Of a stretch of 64,000 nucleotides of DNA, positions 11,312 through 21,217 are shown one piece after another. The notes under the pieces were generated by a model. The model searched no databases and was not told the DNA's origin. It worked only from the letters and a program-made list of their open reading frames with translations. The DNA is from Nitrospirota bacterium (GTDB lineage Bacteria > JACPQY01). Position numbers and translations under genes: made by a program. The DNA lies in the NCBI GenBank assembly GCA_016180645.1, contig JACPAV010000007.1:40888-104887 (forward strand), given 5' to 3'. The first letter of the stretch is position 1, and every line of letters starts with the position of its first letter.

Positions 11312-12685
11312 ATGGAGACACTCTTGGTGATCGATGATGAGCGAAACATCTGCACCTCCCTCGCCCGTCTCTTCGAGCCGGAAGGTTACCATGTCGCCTG
11401 GGTCACCGAGGCCCGGGAAGCCCTCCCGAAGTTCCACGAAGTCCATCCTCACGGTGTGTTATTGGACCTCAAAATGCCGGAACTGGACGGCCTGCAGGTG
11501 CTCGAAGCGCTGAAGGCCTCGGACGCCGGCGTTCCCGTGGTGATCATGACCGCCTACGGTACGGTGAAATCGGCGGTGGACGCCATGAAGAAGGGGGCCT
11601 ACGACTACATTCTCAAACCGTTTTCCGAGGATGAGATCCGGCTGGTGGTGGCCCGGGCGCTCGAGACGCATCGGCTCCGAAGAGAAGTGGGCGAACTGAA
11701 GGCGAAGTGGTCGAAGCAGTTCGAGCTTGAGGCGCGGATGGGATCGAGTTCCGCCGTGCAGGCCGTGATCCGTCAGGTGAATGCCGTGGCCGCCACGGAC
11801 ACCACCGTGCTGCTGATGGGGGAGAGCGGCACGGGAAAGGAACTGGTGGCGCAGGCGATCCACGAGCGCTCGGCAAGACGGGAAAAGCCGTTCGTTCCGG
11901 TGGACTGCGCGGCGCTCCCGGAAAATCTCGTGGAGGCGGAACTCTTCGGGCACGAAAAGGGCGCGTATACCGGCGCCGTCACCTCCGAAATAGGGAAGGT
12001 GGAGATGGCCGATGGCGGGACGTTGTTCTTCGACGAGATCGGGGATCTCACCGCCAAGTTGCAGCCGAAACTGCTGCGATTCCTCGAGACGCGGAGGTTC
12101 ATGCGACTGGGCGGGCGGAAGCAGGAAACGGCAAACGTTCGTATCGTCGCCGCCACCAACGCGCCGCTGGACAAGCTCGTTCGGGAGAAGACGTTTCGGG
12201 CCGATCTTTTCCATCGATTGAATGAGTTCCCCATTCTCCTTCCGCCCCTGCGCCATCGGAAGGAAGATTTGGCCGCCATCGCGCGCGGCTTTCTGCCGGA
12301 CGTGGCTTCCCAATGCGGGAAGAAACGGCTGGAGATTTCGGCGGACGCGTTGAAGAAGCTGAAGTCGCATGCGTGGCCTGGGAATGCGAGAGAGCTGCGA
12401 AACGTCCTCAAACGGGCGGGTGTGACCTCGGCGGAGCGGATCGAGGCGGCGGACATTGTCCTCGACGGAACCGGCGAAATGGCGGAGGAAAGTTCTCGGT
12501 CCGTACGAATTCAGATTGAGGCCGGCCGGCCTCTGAAGGAAATCACGGACACGGCACTCCGGGACGTGGAGCGCGAGGCGATCCGGGAGGCAATGGAGCA
12601 GTCCGGGGGGCATCGCGGGAAAGCGGCGTTCCTCCTCGGGATCGACGCAAAAACGCTCTACAACAAACTCCGCGGCATCGGCTGA
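11312..12685 (+). CDS. sigma-54-dependent response regulator (NtrC family: REC + AAA + Fis HTH)
   Basis: REC domain …LLVIDDE…LLDLKMPELDG…; Walker A GESGTGKE; GAFTGA-like …GHEKGAYTGA…; C-terminal HTH. Divergent from the kinase gene. Confidence 0.9.
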   Translation: METLLVIDDERNICTSLARLFEPEGYHVAWVTEAREALPKFHEVHPHGVLLDLKMPELDGLQVLEALKASDAGVPVVIMTAYGTVKSAVDAMKKGAYDYILKPFSEDEIRLVVARALETHRLRREVGELKAKWSKQFELEARMGSSSAVQAVIRQVNAVAATDTTVLLMGESGTGKELVAQAIHERSARREKPFVPVDCAALPENLVEAELFGHEKGAYTGAVTSEIGKVEMADGGTLFFDEIGDLTAKLQPKLLRFLETRRFMRLGGRKQETANVRIVAATNAPLDKLVREKTFRADLFHRLNEFPILLPPLRHRKEDLAAIARGFLPDVASQCGKKRLEISADALKKLKSHAWPGNARELRNVLKRAGVTSAERIEAADIVLDGTGEMAEESSRSVRIQIEAGRPLKEITDTALRDVEREAIREAMEQSGGHRGKAAFLLGIDAKTLYNKLRGIG

Positions 12686-13363
12686 ACCGGTCCGGTCGGG
12701 CGGCACCTCCCGAATTCAGGTCCGGATTCCCGTGCTTTCGGTCACTCCATCGTCCGTTCGGAGCCGGAGGATTGTTCGGCGGCCCGGCCGAACGGACGGG
12801 ACGTCCATCCGACAACGGTGAGCACCCGGATTTCTCCGTCTTCTCGGGTGGATTCCAGCGCTCGGAAAAACACACCCCTTGCGCCCATCACTGGCACGGT
12901 TTCTGCGTATCCACTCAACATGAGATTCACCATCATGATTCGAAACCTGCTCGGTGCGTCGGAACCTCTCGGGAGCGCAGGGTTTCCCATCCTTCATCAT
13001 CCGTTACTCTACCGGAGCGAACAGGCGCTGGCGGCCAACGAATACTCCGGCCCCAGACGATCGGGCTGGCGTCGACTGGTCCGTGAGATACGCCGATACC
13101 CGCGATTCTATTTCATGTCCGGCGTGCTCACCGGGCTGATCAGCTTCTTCGTGGTGAGCTGGTGGGTGGGCCAGGGACCGGCGGAGATTCGATCGGCGTC
13201 CGCTCAGAGTCTGGTGGCGTCTGCCACTGAAGTGGACGTGGATGCGCTCATCCAAGCCCAGCTCGTGATCAATCAGGCGTTGGCTCAGATGTACACGCGG
13301 CAGCAGATGGGAACCGGAAGACTCCCCCCGCGTTAGGTCCGATCCGGCCGACGCGGCGGGAAC

Positions 13364-14014
13364 CTACCTCGGACCGGGCGCGACGCGAACCCCGCCTCGA
13401 ACCCCGCCTCGAACGCCAAGCGAAACCTGGATCGACGATCCGGCGGGCGGAAATGTGGCCCCCTTGGCACTGAAGCTGTGGGTATCTGACGCGGCATTGG
13501 GCAACGAGGCATTTGTGACCACCCCGAACGGGCAGGAGGTTGCGCACATCCGGTGTCCCGGGGATTGTCCGGCCTGCTGCTTGTTGTTGCCGGTAAATCG
13601 GAGGTCGACCGTGCCGCTGCTCGGAGCCGAGCCGGAGGAGATGGCGAGAAGCTCCGCAACGGAGATGGTTTGAACTTTTCCCTGGGCGTCGGTCCAGCTC
13701 ACTACGGCGTCCATCTCGGTGCCCTGATCCATCAGGGCACTTCTCCAAGCATCGCCATTCAGATCGGACTCATCATATCCGGGCCGGGCGCCGATCGATT
13801 GAACTCCATCGTACATGGCCTGCCAGTCCATGTCGGTGGCGAACAAGGCACTCTTCGCCGCCTCGCCGGAAGCAACGATGAAATGAGGAGACTCCGAAAC
13901 TTCACCCATCCTCGCTTCAAATTGGAGAGTCTGCGGTTTCTCGTCGTCGCTGCATGTTGAAAGGAGCGGCAGCAGCATCACCGCTGCCGTCATTCGCCAA
14001 TTTCTCATTCCCAT
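13364..14014 (-). CDS. lipoprotein with C-terminal (GVRGG)n repeat, function unknown
   Basis: Signal peptide plus lipobox …AAVMLLPLLSTCSDD…; ends …GVRGGVRGGVRVAPGPR. Confidence 0.5.
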   Translation of the reverse strand: MGMRNWRMTAAVMLLPLLSTCSDDEKPQTLQFEARMGEVSESPHFIVASGEAAKSALFATDMDWQAMYDGVQSIGARPGYDESDLNGDAWRSALMDQGTEMDAVVSWTDAQGKVQTISVAELLAISSGSAPSSGTVDLRFTGNNKQQAGQSPGHRMCATSCPFGVVTNASLPNAASDTHSFSAKGATFPPAGSSIQVSLGVRGGVRGGVRVAPGPR

Positions 14015-14193
14015 CGTAACCCCCAATCTCAGTTCCACTTGTTCCGCCCGATCCGCCAAGTCACCGTCCTTCCGTCACCCCATGTGGATCTGGGTAGCCC
14101 CATCATACCTTGACTACGGCGGTCGTCAAATGCCCGTTTGATTTGCAATGGGGAGTCCGAATAGGCAAACTTCAAACCATGGCAGATCGGTGG

Positions 14194-14835
14194 ATGAAAT
14201 CCGTATCGTTATACGTGCTCTTGGCCATCTTCGTCTCGTGCGGGGGCGAGGGAGATGCCCCATCGGGAGCCGCGAAGAACACGAGCGAGATTACCTTTCA
14301 CGCGCCGCTCGACGCCACTCAGGCGTCCGTGGCTTCCCTGGTTGAGAGCAAAGGCCAGAACCTGGCGGCGGATTTTCAAGTCGATGGAAACACCCTCAAC
14401 AGCGGCGTGCGCGGGGGTGTGCGTGGCGGAGTTCGCGGCGGCATACGGGCGGCCGCTCCGAGGGGCCAGTCCGCCGCGGCGGACTACGCGTGGGAAGTTT
14501 CATTTCCTCTTTCACAGCAAGCCACCGTCGAGAAGGGCTCGCATACCGTGGGCATCCTGGTATTTGCGGAAGACAAGCCGCACATCCGGTTGCTCAAGTC
14601 GGAGACCACCACGAGTCTGAGCATCCGAAGCGGATCAGCCGAAGTGGAAGAGACCGAGTCGGCAACGGTGGCACTGATCACGGACTCGGGCCGGAAGGTG
14701 CCGAACATCATCAACCTGGCCGCCGGAATCGATCCCACGTCTTCCGCGCCGGACGCGACCCAAGCCCAGATCGAAAAAATCCTCGCCGACGGCTCCCTCG
14801 TCCTTCCGACCGTTCCCGCCGGAAAGAAACCATAG
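14194..14835 (+). CDS. lipoprotein with internal (GVRGG)n repeat, function unknown (divergent paralogue-like neighbour)
   Basis: MKSVSLYVLLAIFVSCGGEG (lipobox); contains …SGVRGGVRGGVRGGIRAAAP…. Confidence 0.5.
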   Translation: MKSVSLYVLLAIFVSCGGEGDAPSGAAKNTSEITFHAPLDATQASVASLVESKGQNLAADFQVDGNTLNSGVRGGVRGGVRGGIRAAAPRGQSAAADYAWEVSFPLSQQATVEKGSHTVGILVFAEDKPHIRLLKSETTTSLSIRSGSAEVEETESATVALITDSGRKVPNIINLAAGIDPTSSAPDATQAQIEKILADGSLVLPTVPAGKKP

Positions 14836-14919
14836 TCCGATTCCGAACCTGGATCGTGAGGTGGCGGCGGCCGTGCGGTTCGGGTTCAATCACCGCCTCT
14901 CTTCCAAATCGGCCGAGGA

Positions 14920-16377
14920 GTGCTAAGATTTCCCGCGATGTTCAGGCCCAAGAAAGCTGCGTGTGTGATTGCCCTCGTTTTTGCGGACCTCTTCGTCCTC
15001 TGGGCCATCTGGTATTTCAACTACTGGGTCCGCAGAGAGATCCTTCCGCAAGCCTTCTTTCGAATCGGCCTGTCGCTGCCGCAAAACACCCCTGAGTGGT
15101 CACACTACTGGCGATACTACTACTTCATCTTCCTCTGGCCTCTGATCTTCATGTACCTCGGCATCTACACCAAACGGTACCTCTTCTGGGACGAGGTCAA
15201 GCAGGTCCTGAAAGGGACGACCGCGGTTTTCCTCACCCTGATCGCGCTCCTGTTCATGACGAAGCAGTCGAGGGAATACTCCCGATCCATTCTCGTATAC
15301 TCCTATTTCATGAGCTTGATCGCGCTGCCCGCCGTTCGATTCGGGCTGAAATCGTATTTTGTGAAGATCCGCTGGTGGACCAAGAACGTGGTGATCCTTG
15401 GCGCGGCGAAAACCGGCGAACTGGTCGCGCAGGGATTGGCGCGACATGCCTATCTGGGCTACATGCCCGTGGGCTTTTTGGATGACGATCCGGCGAAACA
15501 AGGCAAAACGATCGCCGGTCTCACGGTGATCGGCCCGCTGGAACGACTCCCCGCGGTGCTGGAGGAAAGGCGCATCAAGGACATCGTCATCGCCATTCCG
15601 ACGCTTAATCGAAACCGGCTCACCCAGCTGATCTCGTGGAGCGAGGACCGGCTGGACAGCATCAAGGTTGTCCCGGATTTTTTCGGGCTGGCCACGTCCG
15701 GCGCGGAAACGCAGGCGCTCGACAGCGCGCTCATGATCAACATGAAGAACAACTTGAACAAGCGGCTGAATCAGGGATTGAAGCGCGCGTTCGACCTTCT
15801 GCTGGGTTATGTGATGCTGCTGGTGTTGATCCCGGTGCTGGCCCTCGTAGCCCTCCTCATCCGCCTCGATTCGCCGGGGCCGATTATTTACGGCCATCGC
15901 CGGATGGGTCAAAACGGCCGGAAATTCTGGTGCCTCAAGTTCCGCACGATGGTCGAGCGGGCGGATCAGATGCTGCAGGATCATTTGGCCCAAAATCCCC
16001 AGGCCCAACGCGAGTGGGATGCAAACTTCAAACTGCGCGAAGACCCGCGCGTAACGCGTCTCGGCGGTTTTCTCCGGAAGTACAGCATCGATGAGCTGCC
16101 GCAACTTCTGAACGTGCTCCGTGGCGACATGAGCCTCATCGGCCCCCGCCCCATCGTGGAAGGGGAGATTCCGAAGTATCAAGCGGACATCGACATGTAC
16201 TACAAGGTTCGTCCCGGCATCACGGGAATTTGGCAGGTAAGCGGGCGGAACGACGTGGACTACGGGGAGAGGATCAAGCTGGACTCCTGGTATGTGCGAA
16301 ACTGGAGCCTCTGGCTGGACACGGTCATCCTGCTCCGCACGATCCGGACGGTGCTCGGCCGTGAGGGGGCGTATTGA
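14920..16377 (+). CDS. exopolysaccharide priming polyprenyl-phosphate hexose-1-phosphate transferase (WbaP/EpsB-type bacterial sugar transferase)
   Basis: N-terminal TM segments, then C-terminal sugar-transferase domain (…[14 protein letters not shown]…[27 protein letters not shown]…[21 protein letters not shown]…). Confidence 0.85.
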   Translation: MLRFPAMFRPKKAACVIALVFADLFVLWAIWYFNYWVRREILPQAFFRIGLSLPQNTPEWSHYWRYYYFIFLWPLIFMYLGIYTKRYLFWDEVKQVLKGTTAVFLTLIALLFMTKQSREYSRSILVYSYFMSLIALPAVRFGLKSYFVKIRWWTKNVVILGAAKTGELVAQGLARHAYLGYMPVGFLDDDPAKQGKTIAGLTVIGPLERLPAVLEERRIKDIVIAIPTLNRNRLTQLISWSEDRLDSIKVVPDFFGLATSGAETQALDSALMINMKNNLNKRLNQGLKRAFDLLLGYVMLLVLIPVLALVALLIRLDSPGPIIYGHRRMGQNGRKFWCLKFRTMVERADQMLQDHLAQNPQAQREWDANFKLREDPRVTRLGGFLRKYSIDELPQLLNVLRGDMSLIGPRPIVEGEIPKYQADIDMYYKVRPGITGIWQVSGRNDVDYGERIKLDSWYVRNWSLWLDTVILLRTIRTVLGREGAY

Positions 16378-16470
16378 GAAGAGGCGGTCAGCATTCAGCG
16401 GTCAGCTCCCAGCGGGAGTTTCCGAGAATTCTTCTTTTCCGGAAGCTGATGGCTGAACGCTGACTGCTCT

Positions 16471-16986
16471 CTACCCACACCGATACGGTTTGATCTTTCC
16501 CTCTCGGTAGAGGTTTTCGATCCCCTCGATGGTCTGATCGGAGAGGGCCGACTCGGGCCGTTCGGCCACGATCTCACCGCCCTTTCCGGCGTGGGCGTCC
16601 TTTTTCTTCATCAAGAGCCAGTTCTTCTCCTGGTTCTTGAGTCTGAAGAGCCCGAACGCGCCCTTGAGCTTCTTGCCGTCCAACTCAAACTCCAATCGTC
16701 CCTTCTTCAAATCCGATCTCAAATCTGAAATCTGAGATTTGAAATTGACGATGCCCGTGTCCCACACGATCACCGGCCCGGCGCCGTACTGCCCTTCCTC
16801 GATCACGCCCTCGAATGTGGCGTAGTCCAGGTCATGATCGTCCACCTGCACGGCGAGCCGCTTCACGGCAGGATCGATCGAGGGCCCCTTGGGAATCGCC
16901 CACGACTTGAGGACGCCGTCGATTTCAAGCCGGAAGTCGTAGTGGAGAGTGGTGGCTTTATGCTTCTGAACGGTGAAGAGGGGCAA
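16471..16986 (-). CDS. stand-alone LigD 3'-phosphoesterase (PE) domain protein
   Basis: …FTVQKHKATTLHYDFRLEIDGVLKSWAIPKGPSIDP…VDDHDLDYATFEGVIEEGQYGAGPVIVWDTG… matches the LigD-PE signature. Confidence 0.8.
   Translation of the reverse strand: MPLFTVQKHKATTLHYDFRLEIDGVLKSWAIPKGPSIDPAVKRLAVQVDDHDLDYATFEGVIEEGQYGAGPVIVWDTGIVNFKSQISDLRSDLKKGRLEFELDGKKLKGAFGLFRLKNQEKNWLLMKKKDAHAGKGGEIVAERPESALSDQTIEGIENLYREGKIKPYRCG
16707..16748. repeat. heptamer-array repeat embedded in frame in the LigD-PE coding sequence (encodes …FKSQISDLRSDLK…)
   Basis: atttcaaatctcagatttcagatttgagatcgg on the coding strand matches the aaatctcaaatctcaaatctgaaatc core of the 4HB-associated repeats. It translates to the same KSQISxLxS peptide as in the 4HB gene. 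Confidence 0.6.
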
Positions 16987-16995
16987 GGAAAGGGA

Positions 16996-17673
16996 TCAGG
17001 CCTCCGCTCTCCGGGTCCCCCGACCGTTGAGCAGGTGCCGCTTGACCATGGCAACGGCCTCCGCGGGAGACTGCGCCAGATTCACCAGCCGGTAGTCGCC
17101 GTCCCGAATGAGGAGTTCTTCGCCGAAGACGGCAAAAACGCGGTTCCAGAAATCGCCGAGGAGGATGATGGGTTTCTTGACGATCCCTGCCTGGCGGAGC
17201 GACCAGATGAGTGTCAATTCCGTGAGCGTCCCTACGCCGCCACGAAGCACGACAAAGGCGTCCGCCATCGAAATGAATCGCTTGAGCCTCTTGTAGATCT
17301 CGGGATGGTGGAAGACCCTGTCCAGATAGCGGTTGGGCTTGTAGTCCTTGAACTCCTCTGTGGTGAGGCCGGCGGTGGGACCCCCGGCTTCCCTCGCGCC
17401 GCGCGAAACGGCTTCCATGCTGCCCTGGTAGCCTCCCGTGATGACTTGGAATCCGGCTTCAGCGAGCATCCGGCCCAGCGAGCGCGCATCGCGGTAGTTG
17501 GGATCGCCGTCGGACGTCAGAGAGCCGCAGAAAACAGCCACCGTCTTGATCTGACCTCCACGATGGGGGAAATGTCGCGGGAGGGCAGGAGCCCGGAGCG
17601 ACCGACCTCCACGATGGGGGAAATGTCGCGGGAGGGCAGGAGCCCGGAGCGACCGACCTCCATTTCGTTTCAT
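16996..17673 (-). CDS. LOG-family protein (cytokinin riboside 5'-monophosphate phosphoribohydrolase-like); N-terminus carries a tandem 17-aa duplication, true start uncertain
   Basis: …IKTVAVFCGS…; …PGGYGTLEE-like GGVGTLTELT…; …KPIILLG…. The N-terminal extension GGRSLRAPALPRHFPHR occurs twice. Confidence 0.75.
   Translation of the reverse strand: MKRNGGRSLRAPALPRHFPHRGGRSLRAPALPRHFPHRGGQIKTVAVFCGSLTSDGDPNYRDARSLGRMLAEAGFQVITGGYQGSMEAVSRGAREAGGPTAGLTTEEFKDYKPNRYLDRVFHHPEIYKRLKRFISMADAFVVLRGGVGTLTELTLIWSLRQAGIVKKPIILLGDFWNRVFAVFGEELLIRDGDYRLVNLAQSPAEAVAMVKRHLLNGRGTRRAEA
17555..17662. repeat. 51-bp perfect tandem duplication (2.1 copies), in frame at the 5' end of the LOG gene
   Basis: Unit cctccacgatgggggaaatgtcgcgggagggcaggagcccggagcgaccga repeats at 17555-17605 and 17606-17656, with a partial third start. 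Confidence 0.9.
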
Positions 17674-17884
17674 GAATGACCTCCTTGGAGATGGGGATGA
17701 AGCATGGTCTTTCGGGAGGGGAAAAAGCGACCTTTCAGCCCAAGTACCATTTTCAGAAATTACCCCTTAGAGGATTATTGTAGCCCGGAATGGCGGCAGG
17801 GTAAAGCGGCGCGGGTCACCATGAAAGTTCCATTCGCCGTCCTTGGAGCCTTCGCGGAAAGGGCGGCGCGGGCGAGCGATGGAT

Positions 17885-18799
17885 CTATAGCTTGAAAACG
17901 TCCCGCGCGGTCTTCCACAAGAGGGCGTCGCATGCCTCCGGCTTGAGATCGAGCTTCTCGACCTGATCGAGGGTCTCCGTGTGGAGGAGAATGGGGTAGT
18001 CCGTTCCCCACATTACCTTGCCGATTCCTCGGGAATTCATGAATTGTACAAGCTTGGGGTCCCAATACTTCGGCGCGTGCGCCGCGCAGCCAATGAAGAC
18101 GTTTTTATGCTTCCAGGAGACGGCCACCAATTCTTCCACCCACGGCCAGCCCGTGTGCGAGGCGACGAATTTCAGTTCAGGGAAGTAGAGGGCGATGTCG
18201 TCGATGTAGATTGGCCGCCCCATCTCGGAGGGCATCCGCTCCGCCGAGTGGCCCACCTGCGCCACCACCGGAACGCCCAGTTCTTCGCATTTGGCGTAGA
18301 ACGGCCACACGTCCCGTCCATTCAGCGGTACGTTGAAACCGAAGGGGTGAAAAAAGACGCCCTTGAAATTGTAATTGCGCACGAGGCTCTCGATTTCCTT
18401 CACGCCCCTCATGCGCTGGTACGGGTTCAGGCGGGCGATGCCGTAGAAACGGTCCGGGTACTTCTCCGTGAGCGGAATCACGTCCTCGGGATCCACGGTA
18501 TGAACCGAACCGGGAAAATCGTACGATCCCAGTGCGGAAATCGGGATCAGCACCTTGTCGATTCCGGCGGCGTCCAGGACATCGATGAACGCCTCGGGAG
18601 AATGGCCCTTGATCCGATCCTCGATGTTCCACCATTTGAGTACGGAGCCGACTTCGGGATTGTCGAGGAAGATCTTCTTCAACCCCTGCGGTGTGAAGAC
18701 GTTGCAGAAGTAATCGATGACTTTCGCGGTCACGATGGGGAAGCTACCACACGGCCGAGCCCGTCGCCAAGGCGCTCGTTCGCCGTCAGGACCTTGCAT
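17885..18799 (-). CDS. amidohydrolase-2 family (TIM-barrel metal-dependent hydrolase/decarboxylase-like); start approximate
   Basis: …NVFTPQG…; …FHPFGFNVPLNG…; …HTGWPWVEE…; …MWGTDYP… are characteristic of the ACMSD/amidohydrolase_2 fold. Confidence 0.65.
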   Translation of the reverse strand: MQGPDGERAPWRRARPCGSFPIVTAKVIDYFCNVFTPQGLKKIFLDNPEVGSVLKWWNIEDRIKGHSPEAFIDVLDAAGIDKVLIPISALGSYDFPGSVHTVDPEDVIPLTEKYPDRFYGIARLNPYQRMRGVKEIESLVRNYNFKGVFFHPFGFNVPLNGRDVWPFYAKCEELGVPVVAQVGHSAERMPSEMGRPIYIDDIALYFPELKFVASHTGWPWVEELVAVSWKHKNVFIGCAAHAPKYWDPKLVQFMNSRGIGKVMWGTDYPILLHTETLDQVEKLDLKPEACDALLWKTARDVFKL

Positions 18800-18836
18800 G
18801 GGCGCCGATCCGTTGACATTGCACGTCGGCCGAGCG

Positions 18837-18864
18837 GTAGGGGCGAGGCATGCCTCGCCCCTAC
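18837..18864. repeat. 28-nt perfect palindrome gtaggggcgaggcatgcctcgcccctac (REP-like); second copy at 37722..37745
   Basis: Read directly; the two sites share 24 identical nt. The first is in a divergent intergenic region, the second immediately after the dnaK stop. Confidence 0.7.
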
Positions 18865-18902
18865 ACCTTCACGCCGGGTTATGATAGGGGATTTGGAAGG
18901 CG

Positions 18903-19973
18903 ATGGAATCAACATCGGAACGGAAACTGCTTCAGGAATCGCTCGCGCGTTTGCTGAAGGAGCGATGCGGCATCGAGAAGGTGCGGGGGTTCATCAAGAG
19001 CGGTGAACCGGACGGCGGCCTCTGGAAGGAGTTGGGTGAAATGGGCTTCCTGGGCCTGCTGGCGCCCTCGGAGTTGGGCGGCATGGCGGGCTCGCCGGCG
19101 GACCTTCTCGCCGTACAGTCCGAGATGGGGCGGCGACTCGTTCCACTTCCGTACCTTCAGCACGTTGCTGCGATCTACCTTTTGTCTCAAACCGGCGCGA
19201 AGGCGTCCTCGGACATTCTCAGGAAGGCGATTTCCGGCGAGGTGAGACTTTCCCTACCCCTCGGAGCCGATTCGCTCCGATGGTGCGCGAAGGGCACGGG
19301 AAAGTCTCCGGAGAAACATCTGCTGCCCTTTGGTCCGGCCGTGGACCACGTCGTCGGGGCTGCGGCCGAACGCGGGAAGGTCGAGGTCCGGTTGATTCCA
19401 TCGGCCGGCAAGGGGATCGTGCTCAAGAGAGTGGACTCGATCGACCTGACGCATCCCCTTTACACATTCAAGTCGTCGTCGAAAACATCGACGGATCTGC
19501 GGTTCCAGGTTCCAAAGGACAGATGGGCAAAGGTCCTGGCCGAAACGGATCTCCTTACGACGGCCGCCGTATGCGCCGAAATCCTGGGGGGCGCGGAGGA
19601 AGCGCTTCGACTCACCATCGAGTACACCAAGGCGCGCACGCAGTTCGATCGCCCTATTGGGACATTTCAAGCGGTACAGCACAAAGCCGCCAACGCCGGT
19701 GTCCTGCTTGAAGGGATTCGATCCTACGTGGCGCAGGCCTCGGTCTTGGTTTCCTCGAACAGTCCCGGCCGCAAGAGAGCCGTTCAGATGGCCAAGGCGT
19801 ACGCGTCGGACGCCTATCTCAGGATCGCGGAGACCGGTCTCCAACTCCACGGCGGCATCGGCTATACGTGGGAGCACGACATCCACCTGTACCTCCGCCA
19901 CGCGAAACGGTGCGGGCAGTCGCACGGCGATCCATCCAGCCTCCGCGAACTCCACGTGCAGGCCATCCGGTAA
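18903..19973 (+). CDS. acyl-CoA dehydrogenase-family protein (shorter, possibly a non-catalytic partner subunit)
   Basis: …LGLLAPSELGGMAG…; C-terminal …IAETGLQLHGGIGYTWEHDIHLYLRHAK… is an ACAD C-terminal helical-domain motif. No obvious catalytic Glu context. Confidence 0.7.
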   Translation: MESTSERKLLQESLARLLKERCGIEKVRGFIKSGEPDGGLWKELGEMGFLGLLAPSELGGMAGSPADLLAVQSEMGRRLVPLPYLQHVAAIYLLSQTGAKASSDILRKAISGEVRLSLPLGADSLRWCAKGTGKSPEKHLLPFGPAVDHVVGAAAERGKVEVRLIPSAGKGIVLKRVDSIDLTHPLYTFKSSSKTSTDLRFQVPKDRWAKVLAETDLLTTAAVCAEILGGAEEALRLTIEYTKARTQFDRPIGTFQAVQHKAANAGVLLEGIRSYVAQASVLVSSNSPGRKRAVQMAKAYASDAYLRIAETGLQLHGGIGYTWEHDIHLYLRHAKRCGQSHGDPSSLRELHVQAIR

Positions 19974-19987
19974 GTCCACCGGGGCGG

Positions 19988-21199
19988 ATGGTCTCCGACG
20001 ATCTCCTCGCGCGTGAAGTCGTCAGCGATCCCTACCCCTACTTCGCGTGCCTCCGTTCGGAAGACCCCGTCCATTGGAACGAGCAATGGGGCGGATGGAT
20101 CCTGACGAAATACGACGACATCTTTTCGATGCTTCAAAGCGCGCCGCTGTCATCCGACCGCTACACGCCGTTCAAGAAACTGAAGGGCTCATCGGCAGAC
20201 TCGGAGGCCGTCTACAAGGTGCTGGCGCTCTGGCTCGGTTCACAAGACCCGCCTCTCCATTCACGCCTCCGCAACGCCGTTCAGAAGGCTTTTACGCCGA
20301 TGACCATCGAAGCGCTGGTTCCGGAGATTCAAGCGACGGCCGATCAGCTCCTGCTCGGAATGCGCGGGCGGGACCGGATGGAACTCCTCCAGGATTTCAC
20401 TTATCCGTTGGCCGCCACGGTGATCGCGCGGATGCTCGGAATGCCGCTCCGCGATCTGAATCTCATCAAATTGTGGGCCGACCGCGTCGCCCCCATCATG
20501 TTCATGATGCTGGGCGAGAAAGGGCGATACGGACGGGCGCGGCAGGCCCTCGATGAAATGACAGAGTACTTCAAAGCTCTCGTACACGAACGACAGGCTC
20601 ATCCTACGAGCGATCTCACCTCCGCGCTCGTGGGCGTGATGGAAAAGGGCGAGCTCGCCGAAGAGGAAGTCATCGCGACGTGCATGGTCGTGGTCTTCGG
20701 CGGCCACGAAACGACGATGAACCTGATGGCCAACGGCCTCCTGGCCCTGCTTCGGAATCCGGCCGAAAGCGAGCGGCTGCTGCGGAATCCGGAGATCATC
20801 GATACGGCGGTGGAAGAATTCCTCCGGTTCGACGGGCCCGCCAAATCAACCGTCCGCTGGGCCAAAGAAGATTTCAAACTGGACGGAAAAACGATCCAAG
20901 AGGGCCAGCGCGTCCTCGTCGTGTGGGCCGCGGCCAACCGGGACCCGGCCCGTTTTTCCGAGCCGGACCGTCTCGATCTCGGCCGGCATCCCAACCCCCA
21001 TTTCGCCTTCGGTCAGGGCATCCACTACTGCCTCGGCGCCCCCCTGGCGAGGCGGGAGGCGAAGGTCGGATTGACCACACTCGTGCGCCGATTGCAGGAA
21101 ATTCGACTGGCCGTTCCCGAGACCGATCTCGAGTGGCATCCGACGATCATCATACGGGGATTGAAATCTCTCCCTATCCGATTTACGGCGATTCAGTAG
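19988..21199 (+). CDS. cytochrome P450 monooxygenase
   Basis: Heme-binding loop …FGQGIHYCLGAPLARRE… (FxxGxHxCxG); I-helix …VVVFGGHETT…; ExxR …EEFLRFD…. Confidence 0.9.
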   Translation: MVSDDLLAREVVSDPYPYFACLRSEDPVHWNEQWGGWILTKYDDIFSMLQSAPLSSDRYTPFKKLKGSSADSEAVYKVLALWLGSQDPPLHSRLRNAVQKAFTPMTIEALVPEIQATADQLLLGMRGRDRMELLQDFTYPLAATVIARMLGMPLRDLNLIKLWADRVAPIMFMMLGEKGRYGRARQALDEMTEYFKALVHERQAHPTSDLTSALVGVMEKGELAEEEVIATCMVVVFGGHETTMNLMANGLLALLRNPAESERLLRNPEIIDTAVEEFLRFDGPAKSTVRWAKEDFKLDGKTIQEGQRVLVVWAAANRDPARFSEPDRLDLGRHPNPHFAFGQGIHYCLGAPLARREAKVGLTTLVRRLQEIRLAVPETDLEWHPTIIIRGLKSLPIRFTAIQ

Positions 21200-21217
21200 A
21201 ACGAAGAGAGGGTATCC

